Source: Chloroflexota bacterium (GTDB lineage: Bacteria; Chloroflexota; Dehalococcoidia; Lucifugimonadales; Australimonadaceae). Taken from it: 64,000 nucleotides of DNA. The notes beneath the pieces were generated by a model. It was not told the DNA's origin, did not search any database, and saw nothing but the letters and a program-made list of their open reading frames with translations. Made by a program: the position numbers and the translations under genes. This document shows, in pieces, positions 58,901-64,000 of this stretch. The DNA lies in the NCBI GenBank assembly GCA_028874795.1, contig JAPPHT010000020.1, forward strand, positions 472-64,471. The letters are read 5' to 3'. Every line of letters starts with the position of its first letter. Position 1 is the first letter of the stretch.

Positions 58901-59100
58901 GCTCGCCCGGAAGGAACGTGCAGCTCGACTCGTTCATCGTTTCAGCTACAAAATACGACGTGTTGCGCCCGCTGTACGGCGACGGGGATTGGACGAGAGA
59001 CGACTTCGCGGCGAAGCACATCCTGTTTCCGGACCGCAACGCCGACTACGACTACATCGCGAATATACTTGAGCCGCTTCCTCCAGACCCGGCTGAGTAG
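55918..59100 (+). CDS. Type III-like restriction subunit (Res): SF2 helicase plus C-terminal nuclease-like module
   Basis: WMATGSGKT (about 56380), FVDEGHK (about 56701) and a helicase C-lobe (FMEGWNSWRV...QLFGRGVRL). The C-terminus has FYPDFILWVK...IVFVEPHG, a PD-(D/E)xK-like motif. ATG at 55918 is 18 nt after the Mod stop. Confidence 0.75.
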   Translation: MPPRKPPTSGLGYARLEQQLVLLGWLHRQLGYSSTPELLAELKSTNEGFDADGRSDLHVRLTTRSERLQGVTTDDLERYNDNIRGYLGAMNAGRSEPITLRYFQYLAALYAEIYLDRYYSDRDALLRSLNEFVDRSAGWYEPFQGGDLSKLAFWMATGSGKTLLLHLNYRQFLHYNRRYGGAPLDNILLITPNEGLSQQHIGELEASNISASRFNLNEPGGLLGGDGTVKVTEVTKLVMNKRGEGESVPVEAFEGNNLIFVDEGHKGASSEAKAWRKVRDALGETGFTFEYSATFGQALAAAKDEALLKEYGKAIAFDYSYRHFHADGYGKDFRILNLQQETTSDQTDTLLLANMLAFYEQQLVFAELGELRSGYKLDRPLWLFVGNTVQKKENSVYQSDLFTVIRFLHRVLSEPAWARERIGAFLRGDSGLPDASDGRDIFADEFAYLRSSGKDATTLYSDMLAGVLHVTGVGGLHVVEMKGCEGELGLRSAGSDEYFGVLYIGDTASFKEMVRQNDGGIVVEDDALHGSLFNRINDHGSTVEVLAGSRKFMEGWNSWRVSNMGLLNIGHGEGSQIIQLFGRGVRLRGRNMTLKRSAALPGEAHPKGIGLLETLNIFALRADYMGRFRDYLENEGIEETITLPLPIQTNEDFLKQGLVIPRLEQGARFDESVLLRYDSGVRPVSVDLSARVQVISSGESGVAVASAQSGGAVQVPSESLDLVDWERVYLDLLAHKETRGYGNLIIQPIRLREILEAGEQVYELTADESLRKPSSRADQERLQDAVASILRKYADRLYARRQSAWESRNLIYKELDDTDENFLVVMDDEGKAYTIEAPRSEPTLLRDIRRLINDVSRLYDAGGEPLPRIHFDRHLYQPLLVEPQRKGVKVLPPALQESERKFVDDLREFCGDEPRKLPDGVELFLLRNLTRGRGVGFFEMNWFYPDFILWVKRADGQRIVFVEPHGMVHAYAYEQDEKAQLHERLPALANAIAQRSPGRNVQLDSFIVSATKYDVLRPLYGDGDWTRDDFAAKHILFPDRNADYDYIANILEPLPPDPAE

Positions 59101-59958
59101 AACTCACCAGCCAGCGGCGAGTCTCCTCATACATCATCGCAGGAGGTCTCACGAGTGAATGTATGGTTCGCGTCGAGGCTGCACCTACCGAGTTGCCGGG
59201 GGAACCGGCTTGTGGTCAGTGGGGAAGATGGGGAAGGTCAGCCGCGCACCCGGACGGACACCCGCCGGACGTGCGACGACGGCGCTGGTACGGCACCCAG
59301 CTGTCGCCCGGCGCGCCGGATCGCTTAGAAAGACCCTGTGCTCCCGGCATGTCGGTGGCAATCTAGTAACCGCGCTGCTTCGCCGCGACAACGCGGGGAG
59401 ACCCGCTGGGGAGTATCCTGACAACCGGTGGTGGAGTGTTGGCCCCGGAGCGGAGGGCCGGCACTCCATCGCCATCCTGGGGAAGGAAGCCGAGGGAGGC
59501 TTACAGGTTGAGGAAGCAACTGGTCGAGCTCCGGGCAGTGGCCTAGTTTGAAGTCGACCCCGCTTACATTCTTCCTATCGTGGCCGCTGCCTCCGGCCAA
59601 CGTGTAGCGGTGATTCGGATGAGCCCCCCACTGATCCCAATGGCTGCTGTAGCACCCTTCCAGCGCGGCCTCCGCATGGAGTTGCGCCGCCTGATTCGAG
59701 CCGAGACGCATGGGAGGCACACCAGCAGTCTACCGGGCCAACGACGGCGCTCTCGCCGGGTATGGCTCGCGCCGCTCCCGCGTGGAGTTTCACCGTCACG
59801 GGCGGTTCGACGCCATCATCACGCTGCACAGCGGACGAGTTTCGGCATGGTGCGCCAAGGCCAAGCGGTACAGTACTGCGAACCTTGAGTGGAGTTTCGC
59901 TTGGAGTGGGCCTCCCCTAGGAGCCAAATGCTACCATGAGCGAGGAGATAAGACCGCT

Positions 59959-60681
59959 ATGCCTTCGCAAGACATGTGGGGACCCGGGGGACCGCCGGAG
60001 GAAGCCTACAGCCGCGTAACCAACCCAGAACGCTTCCTGCCCCTGCACGACGCTGCGTTAGAGATGCTCGCCGCGTTGGTGCAGCAGTATGACGTCGAAC
60101 ATGTCGAAGGCTACGGCCTAGACGGGGAGTTGGAGCGCCGCGGGGTGGTCCGGCCATGCATCGCGCTGAGGCCGACCGGCGCGGAGGCCGCTCCCCTCAC
60201 AGTGGCCTTCACGGACTTCCCAGGTCTGTGTGTCCGCTTTGGGAAGTGGTATACCGAACCATTCCCTAGCTGTGGTTGTGACGCGTGCGCTGAGGATGCG
60301 GATGGCGAGATCGAGCGCTTGGTCGAGATGGTCGACATCCTCACAGTGGGCGGTTTCCGGGAGGCCGTCGTCCACTCCCCAGAACGGTGGAGGTCAGGGG
60401 GGTGGTTTGGAAGGGGCCTGGGACACCAGGGGGCCGCGGTAGCGGGCTACGCTCCCCTCAACGAGGAACCTCGGAGGGAAGTCAGGCTTCCATGGAGGCC
60501 GAGCATCCACCGGATACGGGGCAGCCGGTTGGAGAGAGCATTCGATGGGCCTACGCGCCGATCAAGGGGCAGTTCCTTGATTGATGACACCCGCGCACTC
60601 GAATTGTCCGGTGGGCGGCGCCGACTGGACCTCAACTGGAAACCGTGGGCGCAGAGAGTTGTCAGTCACTCCGTCGAATAG
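59959..60681 (+). CDS. hypothetical protein (DUF6226-like, FPSCGCDACAED motif)
   Basis: ATG at 59959 with GAGGAG upstream. The central PFPSCGCDACAEDADGEIERL is as I recall for DUF6226. The Arg-rich C-terminal third is less convincing. Confidence 0.4.
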   Translation: MPSQDMWGPGGPPEEAYSRVTNPERFLPLHDAALEMLAALVQQYDVEHVEGYGLDGELERRGVVRPCIALRPTGAEAAPLTVAFTDFPGLCVRFGKWYTEPFPSCGCDACAEDADGEIERLVEMVDILTVGGFREAVVHSPERWRSGGWFGRGLGHQGAAVAGYAPLNEEPRREVRLPWRPSIHRIRGSRLERAFDGPTRRSRGSSLIDDTRALELSGGRRRLDLNWKPWAQRVVSHSVE

Positions 60682-60781
60682 CAAGGGATACCCACGCTCT
60701 ACATTCCAGCTTGCGACTATCTACACAATGACTGAGCCTTAGATTCGTTCTATTGAGGAAACAACGCGAACTATATCGCCA

Positions 60782-61069
60782 TTATCGAGCACAATGACAC
60801 TCCTTGAACTTGTAGGGTGGCACTATTCCACCAAACGCCTTGATGATAGACTCATTAAGGTTGTTTATCGTAGACAACGCGGCATCTTTAGATATTCGCG
60901 GCGTCCACAACGAAGGCTCCCTATAGTTACCTGACCATCTAGCTAGTAGCCTGCCGAGAAACGATGGGCGCGGCGGACGGCATGCCGTATCTGCACGGTG
61001 CAAGGTCACTGTGCGGGTGTAGTCATCCATCTCTATAACGTAAGAATAGCCGAAAGGGTACATGGCCAC
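60782..61069 (-). CDS. hypothetical protein (95 aa, low GC)
   Basis: ORF only; no motif recognised. Confidence 0.3.
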   Translation of the reverse strand: MAMYPFGYSYVIEMDDYTRTVTLHRADTACRPPRPSFLGRLLARWSGNYREPSLWTPRISKDAALSTINNLNESIIKAFGGIVPPYKFKECHCAR

Positions 61070-61149
61070 TCTCTCCTAGCCTGGATATCCGAATCCTACC
61101 ACATGATAGGTTGACTTATCATACCCAGTGGTTAGCCTCCTGCGCGTCT

Positions 61150-61197
61150 TGGTGCTGGCAGCGGGAATCGAACCGCCTTTCCGGATTGATAGCCCGG
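61150..61197 (-). other. degenerate tRNA-like 3-prime fragment
   Basis: Minus strand reads CCGGGCTATCAATCCGG-AAA-GGCGGTTCGATTCCCGC-TGCCAGC-ACCA. It has a T-loop TTCGATT and a CCA end, but the T stem is out of register by 1 nt and no matching 5-prime acceptor strand lies upstream. Confidence 0.3.
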
Positions 61198-61326
61198 CGT
61201 ACTGGCCAATAGACGATGCTCATCGAACGACGGTTGCTTGGGCCTGCCATCGTCGCGCATAGGTGAAGTGCTAGTTCCTCCCCGTGCTATCGTGGGGGCA
61301 TCGTATCACGGGCTAGGGAGGATCCG

Positions 61327-61755
61327 ATGTTCCAACGACTGGCTGGAGCCTACCTCATCGCAGTATCGGTCGCGGTAGCCGCGTACTTCATCATCAACCC
61401 TCTGCACGCGGCCTCATACGACCCTGAGCGTGTCTGGTACGTCCTCGACATTCTGATGGTCGTCGCCGCTGTGCCCGCCCTGGTGTTCAACACCCGCCGC
61501 AAACTCAGTGCTGGCCGGGCCGCTAAAGTGGGGCCGTTGGCCTCCTCGTACTGGGAGGCCAATATCGCGTTCTACGCCACCGTCGGTGTGACCATTCTGC
61601 TGCTGCACAGCTGGTTCTCCATCCTTGCGCTGGGGCTTGATGCTGACGATCACCAGGGTTTCGTGAAGTGGGCCATCGTAGACACCCTGCTCCCTCTGGT
61701 CTACGGAGCAACCGGATGGGCCTTGTGGCGTGCTGGAGGGCGCCCGGTTGCCTGA
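61327..61755 (+). CDS. hypothetical membrane protein (about 4 TM)
   Basis: 142-aa ORF with four hydrophobic segments. Confidence 0.45.
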   Translation: MFQRLAGAYLIAVSVAVAAYFIINPLHAASYDPERVWYVLDILMVVAAVPALVFNTRRKLSAGRAAKVGPLASSYWEANIAFYATVGVTILLLHSWFSILALGLDADDHQGFVKWAIVDTLLPLVYGATGWALWRAGGRPVA

Positions 61756-62055
61756 CGCGATACGTCGCGCCGCCACCGGGATACGGAACCCGCTGGCGAG
61801 AGGGGCCTGCGCTGTGGTGAACCCGAAGGCTGGCGTGGGCGAAGTGGCGTGGGCTGGCTGTGCGTGCGTCGCGCCAACGCCCCTATCGTGATGGCCTTAA
61901 CGCAGAAACCCCCACACGTGCCGAGGGCCCACTCGAACATGGAGAAGGATGCGGGCCGAGGCTTGCGGCTGCGACCCTTGTGCTGAACTGGCCCATCGGC
62001 CATGAGAACAGTGTCTGCTACGACCAGCAGCAGGTCGGCCTTGCGACGCATGGCA

Positions 62056-62406
62056 CTATGAGCTGGCGGGAAGCCGCCTTGAGTAGACGCCGAGGAGCAG
62101 GAGGAGTGTGGATGGTAGCAGTACGAGCATCCCCACCATTAGCCCTGGCTGCGTGAAGAACATCATGCCCATCGTGGCGAACCGGAGCGCGATACTGCCC
62201 CATGCGGTTATCCCGGCATTCCTCGCTGCGTAGAGTCCGAATGCCCATATGGCGGCAAATACTCCCACTAGCGTTGCCATCTCAAACGCGAACTCTCCCT
62301 GGGTTCGGTTGGCGAGGCCGCCGACCAGCGAGCCGATGAAGAAAGCGACGAGGATAGTCGTGAACGCTACTGCCTCTATGGTCAGAACAATCTTCATCAA
62401 CCTCAT
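62056..62406 (-). CDS. hypothetical membrane protein (about 4 TM)
   Basis: 116-aa ORF with hydrophobic segments throughout. Confidence 0.45.
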   Translation of the reverse strand: MRLMKIVLTIEAVAFTTILVAFFIGSLVGGLANRTQGEFAFEMATLVGVFAAIWAFGLYAARNAGITAWGSIALRFATMGMMFFTQPGLMVGMLVLLPSTLLLLLGVYSRRLPASS

Positions 62407-62567
62407 CGCCCGCGTCCTCCTCCTACTATCCTATCGCAAGAAGGCGAGCCCGACTGTCATCCGGTCTGCGGTGGAACGTGCATGCGATGCCGATGCGTGA
62501 GAACCGATTGGCCTCATGGCTTGTATGTTCCTGGTGAAGGACACCGGCGCCCGGGAGAGCAGAGAGC

Positions 62568-63047
62568 GTGATCGACGAACAGGATGCCGTCCGGCGCTGC
62601 CAGATGGGTGATTGCGAAGCGTTTCGCCCGATCGTGGAGCGCTACAGGGACGTGCTCATGGGCACGATCTACCTGATGACGCGCGACAGGGCGGTCAGCG
62701 AAGAGCTGGTGCAGGAGACGTTCGTGCGTGCCTGGAACGGCATCGGAACGTTCCGCCTCGGCCAGCCTCTGAAGCCCTGGCTGGTCCGGATCGCCGTCAA
62801 CCAGGCGCTCAACGCGAAGGCCCGGCGCCAGGTACCGGTCGAACCGCTGTCGGAGGCCGATGTCGGCGGCAGTACGGACCCCGGGTTCAGCCGGGCGGAC
62901 GACCGGGATGAGGTCCGGCGGGCGCTCAGCCAGCTGTCCGCCGACTACCGACGGGTCGTCGTGCTCCGCTACTTCGCGGACCTCTCCACGAGGGAAGTGG
63001 CGAACGCCCTCGTCCTGATTCCCGCATCTGCGTTCGATGCGCTCTAG
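62568..63047 (+). CDS. ECF-type RNA polymerase sigma factor, apparently truncated in region 4.2
   Basis: Region 2 (LVQETFVRAWNGIGTF...PWLVRIAVNQALN) and the start of region 4 (YRRVVVLRYFADLSTREVANAL). The protein ends at ...LIPASAFDAL, before the usual recognition helix. Confidence 0.7.
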   Translation: MIDEQDAVRRCQMGDCEAFRPIVERYRDVLMGTIYLMTRDRAVSEELVQETFVRAWNGIGTFRLGQPLKPWLVRIAVNQALNAKARRQVPVEPLSEADVGGSTDPGFSRADDRDEVRRALSQLSADYRRVVVLRYFADLSTREVANALVLIPASAFDAL

Positions 63048-63489
63048 CTTCCCTTACGGGGAAGGAGTAGTGCTCCACCGCGAAGTGCAGAGCGATGGCC
63101 GCCTGCACCTAGATGAGCGTGACGATGACCTGCAAGCGCGGGTGACCGTGAATCTCCAGACCCCGGTGAGTCGTTCCCGTGGCGTTCGATCGGCGCGCTG
63201 GTTGCGGGTGGGTTGCTCATCGTGCTCAGCGTAGTCGGCACCCTGGTGCTCGTGTTCCGGGCGAGGCGGCGCAGGGCCTAGGGATCCTTGCGCCGCGCCG
63301 TCGGACACCCACAGCCCGCGAGCCCTTCGTCGGTTGGTGCGCGAAGCGCTCGTCCGGCTAGGCGAGTATGAGCGGAAGTGCCGGAACGCCCGATGTGCCG
63401 GAACGCCCGATGTCAGGAGAGAGCAAAAGCGAGCCTTCCCGTCCGGTCAGCGAGGAGCGTCGGTCCGCGGCAGAAACTATACTGCCGAC

Positions 63490-64000
63490 ATGGCGTCATC
63501 GACAGCGGGTGGCCTCTCTCTCCTCGTGTTGCTTCTCCCGGCATTGATCGCCTGCTCATCGCCGACTCCGACGCCAACGCCGTCTACGCCCACTCTCATG
63601 CCTAAGCCGACGCCACTGGCGACGCCTACACCCGCAGCAACGCCCACTTCCGCGCCCATCCCAACTGCTGCCATGCTGCCGCACGGTGAAGCTAGGCCCA
63701 CTGACCTATGGGACCTTGAACTCACCGCTGATACTACGGTACAGGAGGTGATCGAGGTGCTTCCTCCATCGGATGCCGAGTGCCTGCGCACGTCCGTGGG
63801 CCCGGATGTGTCCGACAAGGCCTTCGCGCGGCTGTTGAGCCCTTGGCTCGACTGTCTGTCGCCTGCGGCAAATGCCGGGATCGATTTCGCGGGGACTGCC
63901 GCGATGCTCAGGCCAAGCGGGCTTTCTGCCGATAGCAGGGGATGCCTCCGTGACGTGTTCGCCAAACACGGAGAGCTGTTCACGCCAGGGAACAACATAT
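63490..64000 (+). CDS. lipoprotein with Thr/Pro linker (3-prime partial, runs off the window)
   Basis: ATG at 63490. MASSTAGGLSLLVLLLPALIAC-SS gives a lipobox-like LIAC, followed by PTPTPTPSTPT... The frame is open to 64000 and is absent from the ORF track because it has no stop. Confidence 0.5.
   Translation, partial: MASSTAGGLSLLVLLLPALIACSSPTPTPTPSTPTLMPKPTPLATPTPAATPTSAPIPTAAMLPHGEARPTDLWDLELTADTTVQEVIEVLPPSDAECLRTSVGPDVSDKAFARLLSPWLDCLSPAANAGIDFAGTAAMLRPSGLSADSRGCLRDVFAKHGELFTPGNNI

Noticed and set aside
59325-59720. A 131-aa minus-strand ORF with a faint resemblance to the C-terminal GGS...GFR region of formylglycine-generating-enzyme-like proteins.
   Set aside because: The spacing between the putative motifs is far too short, there is no SD, and the composition is atypical. 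The resemblance is too weak to call even a pseudogene.
61150-61225. An intact tRNA gene on the minus strand.
   Set aside because: There is no 5-prime acceptor strand complementary to TGCCAGC, no D-arm, a T stem mispaired in canonical register, and an improbable AUC anticodon. It is kept only as a degenerate fragment.

Overview
High-GC bacterial chromosomal segment, densely coding on both strands. All composition statements here are by eye, not computed. Positions 1-44.7 kb are mostly core and metabolic genes: uvrA, accC plus a biotin carrier, lysA, holB, speE/speH, nuoA, prfA, hisS and rel. They also hold a long run of paralogous oxidoreductase and catabolic genes: SDRs, LLM-type and deazaflavin-type enzymes, two Rieske oxygenases, amidohydrolase, MBL, Zn-ADH and MFS. 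This content fits a Chloroflexota- or Actinomycetota-like organism, but taxonomy cannot be assigned from the window. Intergenic DNA is filled with a modular family of nested palindromic (REP-like) units. There are two lower-GC accessory patches. The first (44.7-48.1 kb) is a promoter-driven minus-strand operon of nucleic-acid-related genes: a PC4-like/Zn-ribbon gene, a 2-TM peptide, a Zn-ribbon OGG-fold protein, a 93-aa protein and a GIY-YIG-like protein. It is flanked by a helically phased CCGACA repeat array. The second (51.2-61.3 kb) holds an NYN gene, a 24-aa hydrophobic peptide and a Type III-like Mod-Res pair whose Mod frame carries two in-frame stops. The most interesting observations are: (1) an in-frame TGA at the conserved Cys of a tandem-DUF427 gene, followed directly by a SECIS-like hairpin, making it a candidate selenoprotein; (2) a roughly 300-nt intergenic element in 2-3 copies, with conserved block spacing and copy-specific 9-mers at fixed positions; (3) the uncharacterised glycosylase-fold/GIY-YIG operon. 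No rRNA gene, intact tRNA gene, CRISPR array, transposase or integrase was found.
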